A stretch of DNA of 64,000 bases from Lingula anatina (lineage: Eukaryota; Animalia; Brachiopoda). Positions within the stretch are counted from its first letter, which is position 1, and every line of letters starts with the position of its first letter. Of the stretch, positions 14,959-29,178 are shown piece after piece. The stretch is from the NCBI GenBank assembly GCA_051362555.1, contig CM120640.1, positions 30,275,967-30,339,966 of the forward strand, read 5' to 3'. The notes under the pieces are model-generated. The model saw only the letters and a list, made by a program, of their open reading frames with translations, did not search any database and was not told the origin of the DNA. Both the position numbers and the translations under genes were made by a program.

Positions 14959-15049
14959 TTAACATTATTTAATGCTATATAATATCTAACACTTTAATAG
15001 AAGGACCTTTCAATAAAAGCAGCCGCTACTGGCCAAATTTCGAACACTA
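14959..15049 (-). mobile_element. Foreign relic, copy 4 (left-truncated variant)
   Basis: Same as copy 3, offset +5697. Confidence 0.5.
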
Positions 15050-18000
15050 TTTATCTGTGTTTGTCATTTATCTGTTTTTTTTATCTGTGTTTTTATTCAT
15101 TTTGATTACTGTGCATGTTTGTGTTGTCACTGTTCGTGTTTGTATTTATTGTGAGCACTGTGTATGTCAGTTTTGTCACTCTATTTGTTTGTAGTCATTT
15201 TGATCATTGTGCATTTTAGCGTTGGCACTGTTTGTGTTTATATCTATTGTCAGCAATGTGGATGTCAGTTTTGTCTGTTTATTTATTTTTAGTCTTTATT
15301 TTAACTGTGCATGTTGGTGTTGTCAATGTCATTATAGTTTATGTGTCTGTTTATACTCTGATCACTGTTTCCATTCTGTATTGTCATTGAATGTGTTTGT
15401 ATATATATTGTGATCACTGTGTATGACTGTGTAATCACCTGATTAATTTGTGTTTATTCTTGTTACTATGCATGGTTGTGTGGTCACTGTACTTGTTAAA
15501 ATTTATTCTGCTCACTGTGTATGTCTGTATTGTGACTGTGTTTCTTTGTATTCATTTTGATTATTGTGCATGTTATTATTGTCACTGTACATGTTAATAT
15601 TTATTTTGACCACTGTTTATGTCAGTTTTTTTATGTTGATGTTTCTATTTATTGTGAGCACTGTGTATGTCAGTTTTTTTTTACTCTATTTGTTTGTAAT
15701 CATTACCAATACTCTGCGTGATGCTGTTGTCACTTTATGTCAATGTGTCTGTTTATATGCTGTTTCCTTTGTCTATTCTGTATTGTTCCTGAATGTGTTT
15801 ATATATATTGTGATGACTGTGTATGACTTTGTTTTCACTCTTTTTCCTTGTGTTCATTTCCATTATGGTTAACGTTACAGTTGTCACTGTACACGTCAAA
15901 ATTTTTCTAATCGCTGTGTTTATCTGTATTTTCACTGTGTTTGTTTTTATATGTCTGATTAATGTGTTTGTTGGTGTTGTTACTGTTGATGTTTGTATTT
16001 ATTGTGAGCACTGTGTATGTCAGTTTAGTTACTCTGTTTGTAATCATTACTATTACTCTGCATGATGGTGTTGTCAGTGTATCTCTATGTGTCTCTTTAT
16101 ATTCTGTGTGCTGTGTCTATTCTGTATTGTTACTGAATATGTTTGTACATTATGAGATGACTGTGTCCAACTTCGTTTTCACTCTTTTTCGTTGTGTTCA
16201 GTCTTATTATGGTGAATGTAACTGTTGTCACTGTACATGTCAAAATTTATTCTTATCACTGTGTATGACTATATTGTGACTGTGTTTCTTTGTATTTATT
16301 TTGATTACTGCATTGGTTGGTGTTGTTACTGTTGATGTTTGTATTTATTGTGAGCACTGTGTATGTCAGTTTTTTTACTCTATTTGTTTGTAATCATTAC
16401 CATTACTCTGCATGATGGTGTTGTCAATATATGTCTATGTGTCTGTTTATGTGCTGTTTGCTATTTCTATTCTGTATTGTTACTGAATGTGTTTGTTCAT
16501 ATCGAGATGAATGTTTACGACTTCGTTTTCACTCTTTTTCGTTGTGTTCATTCTTATTATCGTAAATGTTACTGTTGTCACTGTACAAGTGAAATTTGTT
16601 TCTAATTACTGTTTGTCTGTATTTTCACTGTTTTTGTTTTTATTTATTTTGGTTACTGTGCATGTTTGTGTTGTCACTGTTCATGTTTGTATATATTGTG
16701 GCCACTGTGTATGTAAGTTTTGTCACTCTATTTGTTTGTAATCATTACTATTACTCTGCATGATGGTGTTGTCAGTGTATCTCTATGTGTCTGTTTATAT
16801 GCTGTTTGCTGTATCTATTGTGTATTGTTACTGAATGTGTTTATTCATATTGAGATGACTGTTTACGATTTCGGTTTCACTCTTTTACCTTGTGTTCTTG
16901 TCATTATGGTGAATGTCATTGTTGTCACTGTACATGTGAAATTTTTTTCTAATCACTGTTTCTGTTTTATGACTGTGTTTGTTTGTATTTATTTTGATTA
17001 CTGTGTTTGTTGGTGTTGTTACTGTTGATGTTTGTATTTATTGTGAACACTGTGTATAACAGTTTTGTCACTCTATTTGTTTGTAATCATTACTATTACT
17101 GTGCATGATGGTGTTGTCAATATATGTCTTTGTGTCTGTTTATATGCTGTTTCCTGTTTCTATTCTGCATTGTTATTGAATGTGTTTGTTCATATCGAGA
17201 TGACTGTTTACGCCTTCGTTTTCACTCTTTTAACTTGTGTTCTTGTCATTAAGGTGAATGTTACTGTTGTCCCTGTACGTTTCAAATTTTTTTACTCTTT
17301 TTCCTTGTGTTCATTCTCATTATAGTAAATGTCATTGTTGTCACCGTACATGTGAAATTTTTTTCTAATCACTGTGTTTCTGTTTTGTGACTGTGTTTGT
17401 TTGTATTTATTTTGATTACTGTGTTTGTTGGTGTTATTACTGTTGATGTTTGTATTTATTGTGGGCACTGTGTATGTCAGTTTTTTTACTCTATTTGTTT
17501 GTAATCATTACCATTACTCTGCATGATGGTGTTGTCAATATATGTCTATGTGTCTGTTTATGTGCTGTTTGCTATTTCTATTCTGTATTGTTACTGAATG
17601 TGTTTGTTCATATCGAGATGACTGTTTACGACTTCGTTTTTACTCTTTTTCGTTGTGTTCATTCTTATTATCGTAAATGTTACTGTTGTCACTGTACAAG
17701 TGAAATTTGTTTCTAATTACTGTTTGTCTGTATTTTCACTGTTTTTGTTTTTATTTATTTTGGTTACTGTGCATGTTTGTGTTGTCACTGTTCATGTTTG
17801 TATATATTGTGACCACTGTGTATGTAAGTTTTGTCACTCTATTTGTTTGTAATCATTACTATTACTGTGCATGATGGTGTTGTCAGTGTATCTCTATGTG
17901 TCTCTTTATATTCTGTGTGCTGTGTCTATTCTGTATTGTTCCTGAATATGTTTGTACATTATGAGATGACTGTGTCCAACTTCGTTTTCACTCTTTTTCG

Positions 18001-20003
18001 TTGTGTTCATTCTTATTACAATGAATGTTATTGTTCTCACTGTACATGTGAATTTTTTTTTCTAATCACTGTGTATGTCTGTTTTGTGACTGTTTTTGTT
18101 TGCATTTATTTTGATTACTGTGTTTGTTGCTGTTGTTACTGTTGATGTTTGTATTTATTGTGAGCAATGTGTATATCAGTTTTTTTACTCTGTTTGTAAT
18201 CATTACTATTACTCTGTATGATGGTGTTGTCACTGTATGTCTATGTGTCTGTTTATATTCTTTGCTGTGTCTATTCTGTATTGTTACTGAATGTGTTTGT
18301 ACATTATGAGATGAATGTGTACAATGTCGTTTTCACTCTTTTTGGTCGTGTTCATTCTTATTACGGTAAATGTTACTGTTGTCACTGTACAATGGAAATT
18401 TGTTTCTAATTACTGTGTTTGTCTGTATTTTTACTGTGTTTGTTTTTATTTATTTTGGATACTGTGCATGTTTGTGTTGTCACTGTTCGTGTTTGTATTT
18501 ATTTTGAGCACTCTGTATGTCAGTTTTGTCACTCTATTTGTTTGTAATCATTACTATTACTCTGCATGATGGTGTTGTCAATATATGTCTATGTGTCTGT
18601 TTATGTGCTGTTTGCTATTTCTATTCTGTATTGTTACTGAATGTGTTTGTTCATATCGAGATGACTGTTTACGACTTCGTTTTCACTCTTTTTCGTTGTG
18701 TTCATTCTTATTATCGTAAATGTTACTGTTGTCACTGTACAAGTGAAATTTGTTTCTAATTACTGTTTGTCTGTATTTTCACTGTTTTTGTTTTTATTTA
18801 TTTTGGTTACTGTGCATGTTTGTGTTGTCACTGTTCATGTTTGTATATATTGTGACCACTGTGTATGTAAGTTTTGTCACTCTATTTGTTTGTAATCATT
18901 ACTATTACTCTGCATGATGGTGTTGTCAATATATATCTATGTGTCTGTCTATATGCTGTTTGCTGTATCTATTGTGTATTGTTACTGAATGTGTTTATTC
19001 ATATTGAGATGACTGTTTACGATTTCGGTTTCACTCTTTTACCTTGTGTTCTTGTCATTATGGTGAATGTCATTGTTGCTACTGTACATGTGAAATTTTT
19101 TTCTAATCACTGTTTCTGTTTTATGACTGTGTTTGTTTGTATTTATTTTGATTACTGTGTCGGTTGGTGTTGTTACTGTTGATGTTTGTATTTATTGTGA
19201 ACACTGTGTATATCAGTTTTGTCACTCTATTTGTTTGTAATCATTACTATTACTGTGCATGATGGTGTTGTCAATATATGTCTTTGTGTCTGTTTATATG
19301 CTGTTTGCTGTTTCTATTCTGCATTGTTATTGAATGTGTTTGTTCATATCGAGATGACTGTTTACGCCTTCGTTTTCACTCTTTTAACTTGTGTTCTTGT
19401 CATTAAGGTGAATGTTACTGTTGTCCCTGTACGTTTCAATTTTTTTTACTCTTTTTTCCTTGTGTTCATTCTCATTATGGTAAATGTCATTGTTGTCACT
19501 GTACATGTGAAATTTTTTTCTAATCACTGTGTTTCTGTTTTGTGACTGTGTTTGTTTGTATTTATTTTGATTACTGTGTTTGTTGGTGTTGTTACTGTTG
19601 ATGTTTATATTTATTGTGGGCACTGTGTATGTCAGTTTTGTCACTCTATTTGTTTGTAATCATTACTAATACTTTGCATGATGGTGTTGTCACTATGTTT
19701 ATGTGTCTGTTTATATGCTGTTTGCTGTTTCTATTCTGTATTGTTACTGAATGTGTTTGTACATTATGAGATGACTGTGTACAACTTTGTTTTCACTCTT
19801 TTTTGTCATGTTCATTCTTAGTACGGTAAATGTTACTGTTGTCACTGTACATTTGATTTTTTTTTCTAATCACTGTGTATGTCTGTGTTTTGACTGTGCT
19901 TGTTTTTATTCATTTTGATTACTATGCATGTTTGTGTTGTCACTGTTCGTGTTTGTATTTATTGTGAGCACTGTGTATGTCAGTTTTGTCACTCTATTTG
20001 TTT

Positions 20004-20115
20004 ACGTAATTTTAACTAATTAACATTATTTAATGCTATATAATATCTAACACCATTTTTTAATAGAGGGACCTTTCAATAAAAGCAGCCGCTACCGGCC
20101 AAATTTTGAACACTA
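20004..20115 (-). mobile_element. Foreign relic, copy 5
   Basis: Same variant as copy 1. Confidence 0.5.
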
Positions 20116-21916
20116 TTTATCTGTGTTTGTCATTTATCTGTTTTTTTATCTGTGTTTTTATTCATTTTGATTACTGTGCATGTTTGTGTTGTCACTGTTT
20201 GTGTTTGTATTTATTGTGAGCACTGTGTATGTCAGTTTTGTCACTCTATTTGTTTGTAGTCTTTCCTATTACTCTGTATGATGGTGTTGTCACTGTATGT
20301 CTATGTGTCTGTTTATATTTTCTCTGCTGTGTCTATTCTGTATTGTTACTGAATGTGTTTATATATATTGTGATGACTGTGTATTGACTTTGTTTTCACT
20401 CTTTTTCCTTGTGTTCATTCCCATAATGGTTAATGTTACTGTTGTCACTGTACATGTGAAATTTTTTTCTAATCACTGTGTTTGTTGGTGTTGTTACTGT
20501 TGATATTTGTATTTATTATGAGCACTGTGTATGTCAGTTTTGTTACTCTATTTGTTTGTAATCATTACTATTACTGTGCATGATTGGGTTGTCACTATGT
20601 TTATGTGTCTGTTTATATGCTGTTTGCTGTTTCTATTCTGTATTATTCCTGAATGTGTTTGTACATTATGAGATGACTATGTACAACTTCGTTTTCACTC
20701 TTTTTCGTTGTGTTCATATTATTTCAGTAAATGTTTCTGTTGTCACTACATGTGAAAATTGTTTCTAATCACTGTGTTTGTCTGTATTTTTACTGTGTTT
20801 GTTTTTATTTATTTTGGTTACTGTGCATGTTTGTGTTGTCACTGTTCGTGTTTGTATTTATTGTGAGCACTGTGTATGTCAGTTTTGTCACTCTATTTGT
20901 TTGTAATCATTACTATTACTCTGCATGATGGTGTTGTCACTGTATCTCTATGTGTCTTTTTATATTCTGTGTGCTGTGTCTATTCTGTATTGTTACTGTA
21001 TGTGTTTGTACATTATGAGATGACTGTGTACAACTTCGTTTTCACTGTTTTTCGTCGTGTTCATTCTTATTATGGTGAATGTTACTGTTCTCACTGTACA
21101 TGTGAATTTTTTTTTCTAATCACTGTGTATGTCTGTTTTGTAACTTTTTATTTGCATTTATTTTGATTACTGTGTTTGTTGGTGTTGTTACTGTTATTGT
21201 TTATATTTATTATGAGCACTGTGTATGTCAGTTTTGTTACTCAATTTGTTTGTAATCATTACTATTACTCTGCATGATGGTGGTGTCAATTTATGTCTAT
21301 GTGTCTGTTTATATGCTGTTTGCTGTTTCTATTCTGTATTATTCCTGAATGTGTTTGTACATTATGAGATGACTGTGTACAACTTCGTTTTCACTGTTTT
21401 TCGTCGTGTTCATTCTTATTATGGTGAATGTCATTGTTGTCACTGTACATGTGAAATTTTTTTCTAATCACTGTGTTTCTGTTTTCTGACTGTGTTTGTT
21501 TGTATTTATTTTGATTACTGTGTTTGTTGGTGTTGTTACTGTTGATGTTTGTATTTATTGTGAACACTGTGTATATCAGTTTTGTCACTCTATTTGTTTG
21601 TAATCATTACTATTACTGTGCATGATGGTGTTGTCACTATGTTTATGTGTCTGTTTATATGCTGTTTGCTGTTTCTATTCTGTATTGTTACTAAATGTGT
21701 TTGTACATTATGAGATGACTGTGTACAACTTCATTTTCACGCTTTTTCATTGTGTTCATTCTTATTTGAAATTTTTTTCTTATCACTGTGTATGTCTGTG
21801 TTTTGACTGTGCTTGTTTTTATTCATTTTGATTACTATGCATGTTTGTGTTGTCACTGTTCGTGTTTGTATTTATTGTGAGCACTGTGTATATCAGTTTT
21901 GTCACTCTATTTGTTT

Positions 21917-22023
21917 ACGTAATTTTAACTAATTAACATTATTTAATGCTATATAATATCTAACACTTTAATAGAAGGACCTTTCAATAAAAGCAGCCGC
22001 TACCGGCCAAATTTCGAACACTA
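21917..22023 (-). mobile_element. Foreign relic, copy 6
   Basis: Full left end, actttaatagaagg variant. Confidence 0.5.
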
Positions 22024-24842
22024 TTTATCTGTGTTTGTCATTTATCTGTTTTTTTTATCTGTGTTTTTATTCATTTTGATTACTGTGCATGTTTGTGTTG
22101 TCACTGTTCGTGTTTGTATTTATTGTGAGCACTGTGTATGTCAGTTTTGTCACTCTATTTGTTTGTAGTCATTTTGATCATTGTGCATTTTAGCGTTGGC
22201 ACTGTTTGTGTTTATATCTATTGTCAGCAATGTGGATGTCAGTTTTGTCTGTTTATTTATTTTTAGTCTTTATTTTAACTGTGCATTTTGGTGTTGTCAA
22301 TGTCATTATAGTTTATGTGTCTGTTTATACTCTGATCACTGTTTCCATTCTGTATTGTCATTGAATGTGTTTGTATATATATTGTGATCACTGTGTATGA
22401 CTGTGTAATCACCCGATTAATTTGTGTTTATTCTTGTTACTATGCATGGTTGTGTGGTCACTGTACATGTTAAAATTTATTCTGCTCACTGTGTATGTCT
22501 GTATTGTGACTGTGTTTCTTTGTATTCATTTTGATTATTGTGAATGTTATTATTGTCACTGTACATGTTAATATTTATTTTGACCACTGTTTATGTCAGT
22601 TTTTTTATGTTGATGTTTCTATTTATTGTGAGCACTGTGTATGTCAGTTTTTTTTTACTCTATTTGTTTGTAATCATTACCAATACTCTGCGTGATGCTG
22701 TTGTCACTTTATGTCAATGTGTCTGTTTATATGCTGTTTCCTTTGTCTATTCTGTATTGTTCCTGAATGTGTTTATATATATTGTGATGACTGTGTATGA
22801 CTTTGTTTTCACTCTTTTTCCTTGTGTTCATTTCCATTATAGTTAACGTTACAGTTGTCACTGTACACGTCAAAATTTTTCTAATCGCTGTGTTTATCTG
22901 TATTTTCACTGTGTTTGTTTTTATATGTCTGATTAATGTGTTTGTTGGTGTTGTTACTGTTGATGTTTGTATTTATTGTGAGCACTGTGTATGTCAGTTT
23001 AGTTACTCTGTTTGTAATCATTACTATTACTCTGCATGATGGTGTTGTCAGTGTATCTCTATGTGTCTCTTTATATTCTGTGTGCTGTGTCTATTCTGTA
23101 TTGTTACTGAATATGTTTGTACATTATGAGATGACTGTGTACAACTTCGTTTTCACTCTTTTTCGTTGTGTTCATTCTTATTACAATGAATGTTATTGTT
23201 CTCACTGTACATGTGAATTTTTTTTCTAATCACTGTGTATGTCTGTTTTGTGACTGTTTTTGTTTGCATTTGTTTTGATTACTGTGTTTGTTGGTGTTGT
23301 TACTGTTGATGTTTGTATTTATTGTGAGCACTGTGTATGTCAGTTTTGTTACTCTGTTTGTAATCATTACTATTACTCTGTATGATGGTGTTGTCACTGT
23401 ATGTCTATATATCTGTTTATATGCTGTTTGCTGTTTCTATTCTGTATTGTTACTGAATGTGTTTGTACATTATGAGATGACTGTGTACAACTTCATTTTC
23501 ACTCTTTTTCATTGTGTTCATTCTTATTTGAAATTTTTTTATATTACTATTTCGGTTTCACTCTTTTACCTTGTGTTCTTGTCATTATGGTGAATGTCAT
23601 TGTTGTCACTGTACATATGAAATTTTTTTCTAATCACTGTGTTTCTGTTTTATGACTGTGTTAGTTTGTATTTATTTTGATTAATGTGTTTGTTGGTGTT
23701 GTTACTGTTGATGTTTGTATTTATTGTGAACACTGTGTATATCAGTTTTGTCACTCTATTTGTTTGTAATCATTACTATTACTGTGCATGATGGTGTTGT
23801 CACTATGTTTATGTGTCTGTTTATATGCTGTTTTCTAATCACTGTGTTTTTGTTTTATGTCTATGTTTGTTTGTATTTATTTTGATTACTGTGTTTGTTG
23901 GTGTTGTTACTGTTGATGTTTGTATTTATTGTGAGCACTGTGTATGTCAGTTTAGTTACTCTATTTGTTTGTAATCATTACTATTACTTTGCATGATGGT
24001 GTTGTCAGTGTATCTCTATGTGTCTCTTTATATTCTGTGTGCTGTGTCTATTCTGTATTGTTACTGAATATGTTTCTACATTATGAGATGACTGTGTACA
24101 ACTTCGTTTTCACTCTTTTTCGTTGTGTTCATTCTTATTACAATGAATGTTATTGTTCTCACTGTACATGTGAATTTTTTTTCTAATCACTGTGTATGTC
24201 TGTTTTGTGACTGTTTTTGTTTGCATTTATTTTGATTACTGTGTTTGTTGGTGTTGTTACTGTTGATGTTTGTATTTATTGTGAACACTGTGTATATCAG
24301 TTTTGTCACTCTATTTGTTTGTAATCATTACTATTACTGTGCATGATGGTGTTGTCACTATGTTTATGTGTCTGTTTATATGCTGTTTTCTAATCACTGT
24401 GTTTCTGTTTTATGTCTGTGTTTGTTTGTATTTATTTTGATTACTGTGTTTGTTGGTGTTGTTACTGTTGATGTTTGTATTTATTGTGAACACTGTGTAT
24501 ATCAGTTTTGTCACACTATTTGTTTGTAATCATTACTATTACTGTGCATGATGGTGTTGTCACTATGTTTATGTGTCTGTTTATATGCTGTTTGCTGTTT
24601 CTATTCTGTATTGTTACTGAATGTGTTTGTACATTATGAGATGACTGTGTACAACTTCATTTTCACGCTTTTTCATTGTGTTCATTCTTATTTGAAATTT
24701 TTTTCTAATCACTGTGTATGTCTGTGTTTTGACTGTGCTTGTTTTTATTCATTTTGATTACTATGCATGTTTGTGTTGTCACTGTTCGTGTTTGTATTTA
24801 TTGTGAGCACTGTGTATGTCAGTTTTGTCACTCTATTTGTTT

Positions 24843-24949
24843 ACGTAATTTTAACTAATTAACATTATTTAATGCTATATAATATCTAACACTTTAATAG
24901 AAGGACCTTTCAATAAAAGCAGCCGCTACCGGCCAAATTTCGAACACTA
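24843..24949 (-). mobile_element. Foreign relic, copy 7
   Basis: Same variant as copy 6. Confidence 0.5.
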
Positions 24950-27900
24950 TTTATCTGTGTTTGTCATTTATCTGTTTTTTTTATCTGTGTTTTTATTCAT
25001 TTTGATTACTGTGCATGTTTGTGTTGTCACTGTTCGTGTTTGTATTTATTGTGAGCACTGTGTATGTCAGTTTTGTCACTCTATTTGTTTGTAGTCATTT
25101 TGATCATTGTGCATTTTAGCGTTGGCACTGTTTGTGTTTATATCTATTGTCAGCAATGTGGATGTCAGTTTTGTCTGTTTATTTATTTTTAGTCTTTATT
25201 TTAACTGTGCATGTTGGTGTTGTCAATGTCATTATAGTTTATGTGTCTGTTTATACTCTGATCACTGTTTCCATTCTGTATTGTCATTGAATGTGTTTGT
25301 ATATATATTGTGATCACTGTGTATGACTGTGTAATCACCCGATTAATTTGTGTTTATTCTTGTTACTATGCATGGTTGTGTGGTCACTGTACATGTTAAA
25401 ATTTATTCTGCTCACTGTGTATGTCTGTATTGTGACTGTGTTTCTTTGTATTCATTTTGATTATTGTGCATGTTATTATTGTCACTGTACATGTTAATAT
25501 TTATTTTGACCACTGTTTATGTCAGTTTTTTTATGTTGATGTTTCTATTTATTGTGAGCACTGTGTATGTCAGTTTTTTTTTACTCTATTTGTTTGTAAT
25601 CATTACCAATACTCTGCGTGATGCTGTTGTCACTTTATGTCTATGTGTCTGTTTATATGCTGTTTCCTTTGTCTATTCTGTATTGTTCCTGAATGTGTTT
25701 ATATATATTGTGATGACTGTGTATGACTTTGTTTTCACTCTTTTTCCTTGTGTTCATTTCCATTATGGTTAACGTTACAGTTGTCACTGTACACGTCAAA
25801 ATTTTTCTAATCGCTGTGTTTATCTGTATTTTCACTGTGTTTGTTTTTATGTCTGATTAATGTGTTTGTTGGTGTTGTTACTGTTGATGTTTGTATTTAT
25901 TGTGAGCACTGTGTATGTCAGTTTAGTTACTCTGTTTGTAATCATTACTATTACTCTGCATGATGGTGTTTTCACTGTATCTCTATGTGTCTCTTTATAT
26001 TCTGTGTGCTGTGTCTATTCTGTATTGTTACTGAATATGTTTGTACATTATGAGATGACTGTGTCCAACTTCGTTTTCACTCTTTTTCGTTGTGTTCAGT
26101 CTTATTATGGTGAATGTTACTATTGTTACTGTTTATGTCAAAATTTATTCTTATCACTGTGTGTGACTGTATTGTGACTGTGTTTCTTTGTATTTATTTT
26201 GATTACTGCGTTTCAAATTTTTTTACTCTTTTTCCTTATGTTCATTCTCATTATGGTAAATGTCATTGTTGTCACTGTACATGTGAAATTTTTTTCTAAT
26301 CACTGTGTTTCTGTTTTGTGACTGTGTTTGTTTGGATTTATTTTGATTACTGTGTTTCTTGGTGTTGTTACTGTTGATGTTTGTATTTATTGTGGGCACT
26401 GTGTATGTCAGTTTTTTTACTCTATTTGTTGTGACCACTGTGTATGTAAGTTTTGTCACTCTATTTGTTTGTAATCATTACTATTACTCTGCATGATGGT
26501 GTTGTCAGTGTATCTCTATGTGTCTCTTTATATTCTGTGTGCTGTGTCTATTCTGTATTGTTACTGAATATGTTTCTACATTATGAGATGACTGTATACA
26601 AATTCGTTTTCACTCTTTTTCGTTGTGTTCATTCTTATTACGATGAATGTTATTGTTCTCACTGTACATGTGAATTTTTTTTCTAATCACTGTGTATGTC
26701 TGTTTAGTGACTGTTTTTGTTTGCATTTATTTTGATTCCTGTGTTTGTTGGTGTTGTTACTGATGATTTTTGTATTTATTGTGAGCACTGTGTATGTCAG
26801 TTTAGTTACTCTGTTTGTAATCATTACTATTACTCTGTATGATGGTGTTGTCACTGTATGTCTATGTGTCTGTTTATATTCTTTTTGCTGTGTCTATTCT
26901 GTATTGTTACTGAATGTGTTTGTACATTATGAGATGAATGTGTACAATGTCGTTTTCACTCTTTTTGGTCGTGTTCATTCTTATTACGGTAAATGTTACT
27001 GTTGTCACTGTACATTTGATATATTTTTCTAATCACTGTGTAATATTGTTCTTTTCTTATTACTGTGTTTGTCTGTATTTTTACTGTGTTTGTTTTTATT
27101 TATTTTGGATACTGCATGTTTGTGTTGTCACTGTTCAGGTTTGTATTTATTGTGAGCACTGTGTATGTCAGTTTTGTCACTATTTGTTTGTAATCATTAT
27201 TATTACTCTGCATGATGGTGTTGTCAGTGTATCTCTGTGTCTCTTTTTATTCTTTTTGCTGTGTATATTCTGTATTGTTACTGAATGTGTTTGTATATTA
27301 TGAGATGAATGTGTACAACGTCGTTTTCACTCTTTTTCGTTGTGTTCATTCTTATTACGGTAAATGTTACTGTTGTCACTGTACAGGTGAAATTTGTTTC
27401 TAATTACTGCGTTGTCTGTATTTTTACTGTGTTTCTTCATTTTCACTCTTTTTCATTGTGTTCATTCTTATTTGAAATTTTTTTTCTTATCACTGTGTAT
27501 GTCTATGTTTTGACTGTGCTTGTTTTTATTCATTTTGATTACTGTGCATGTTTGTGTTGTCACTCTTTGTGTTTATATCTATTGTCAGCAATGTGTATGT
27601 CATTTTTGTCACTCTATTTGTTTGTAATCATTACTATTACTCTGCATGATGGTGTTGTCACTGTATGTCTATGTGTCTGTTTATATTCTTTTTGCTGTGT
27701 CTATTCTGTATTGTTACTGATTGTGTTTGTACATTATGAGATGAATGTGTACAATGTCGTTTTCACTCTTTTTCGTTGTGTTCATTCTTATTACGGTAAA
27801 TGTTACTGTTGTCACTGTACAAGTGAAATTTGTTTCTAATTACTGCGTTGTCTGTATTTTTACTGTGTTTCTTTGTATTTATTTTGATTACTGAATATGT

Positions 27901-29071
27901 TTCTACATTATGAGATGACTGTGTACAACTTCGTTTTCACTCTTTTTCGTTGTGTTCATTCTTATTACAATGAATGTTATTGTTCTCACTGTACATGTGA
28001 ATTTTTTTTCTAATCACTGTGTATGTCTGTTTTGTGACTGTTTTTGTTTGCATTTATTTTGATTACTGTGTTTGTTGGTGTTGTTACTGTTGATGTTTGT
28101 ATTTATTGTGAGCACTGTGTATGTCAGTTTTGTTACTCTGTTTGTATTCATTACTATTACTCTGTATGATGGTGTTGTCACTGTATGTCTATATGTCTGT
28201 TTATATGCTGTTTGCTGTTTCTATTCTGTATTGTTACTGAATGTCTTTGTACATTATGAGATGACTGTGTACAACTTCATTTTCACTCTTTTTCATTGTG
28301 TTCATTCTTATTTGAAATTTTTTCATATTACTATTTCGGTTTCACTCTTTTACCTTGTGTTCTTGTCATTATGGTGAATGTCATTGTTGTCACTGTACAT
28401 ATGAAATTTTTTTCTAATCACTGTGTTTCTGTTTTATGACTGTGTTAGTTTGTATTTATTTTGATTAATGTGTTTGTTGGTGTTGTTACTGTTGATGTTT
28501 GTATTTATTGTGAACACTGTGTATATCAGTTTTGTCACTCTATTTGTTTGTAATCATTACTATTACTGTGCATGATGGTGTTGTCACTATGTTTATGTGT
28601 CTGTTTATATGCTGTTTTCTAATCACTGTGTTTCTGTTTTATGTCTGTGTTTGTTTGTATTTATTTTGATTACTGTGTTTGTTGGTGTTGTTACTGTTGA
28701 TGTTTGTATTTATTGTGAACACTGTGTATATCAGTTTTGTCACTCTATTTGTTTGTAATCATTACTATTACTGTGCATGATGGTGTTGTCACTATGTTTA
28801 TGTGTCTGTTTATATGCTGTTTGCTGTTTCTATTCTGTATTGTTACTGAATGTGTTTGTACATTATGAGATGACTGTGTACAACTTCATTTTCACGCTTT
28901 TTCATTGTGTTCATTCTTATTTGAAATTTTTTTCTAATCACTGTGTATGTCTGTGTTTTGACTGTGCTTGTTTTTATTCATTTTGATTACTATGCATGTT
29001 TGTGTTGTCACTGTTCGTGTTTGTATTTATTGTGAGCACTGTGTATGTCAGTTTTGTCACTCTATTTGTTT

Positions 29072-29178
29072 ACGTAATTTTAACTAATTAACATTATTTA
29101 ATGCTATATAATATCTAACACTTTAATAGAAGGACCTTTCAATAAAAGCAGCCGCTACCGGCCAAATTTCGAACACTA
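29072..29178 (-). mobile_element. Foreign relic, copy 8
   Basis: Same variant as copy 6. Confidence 0.5.
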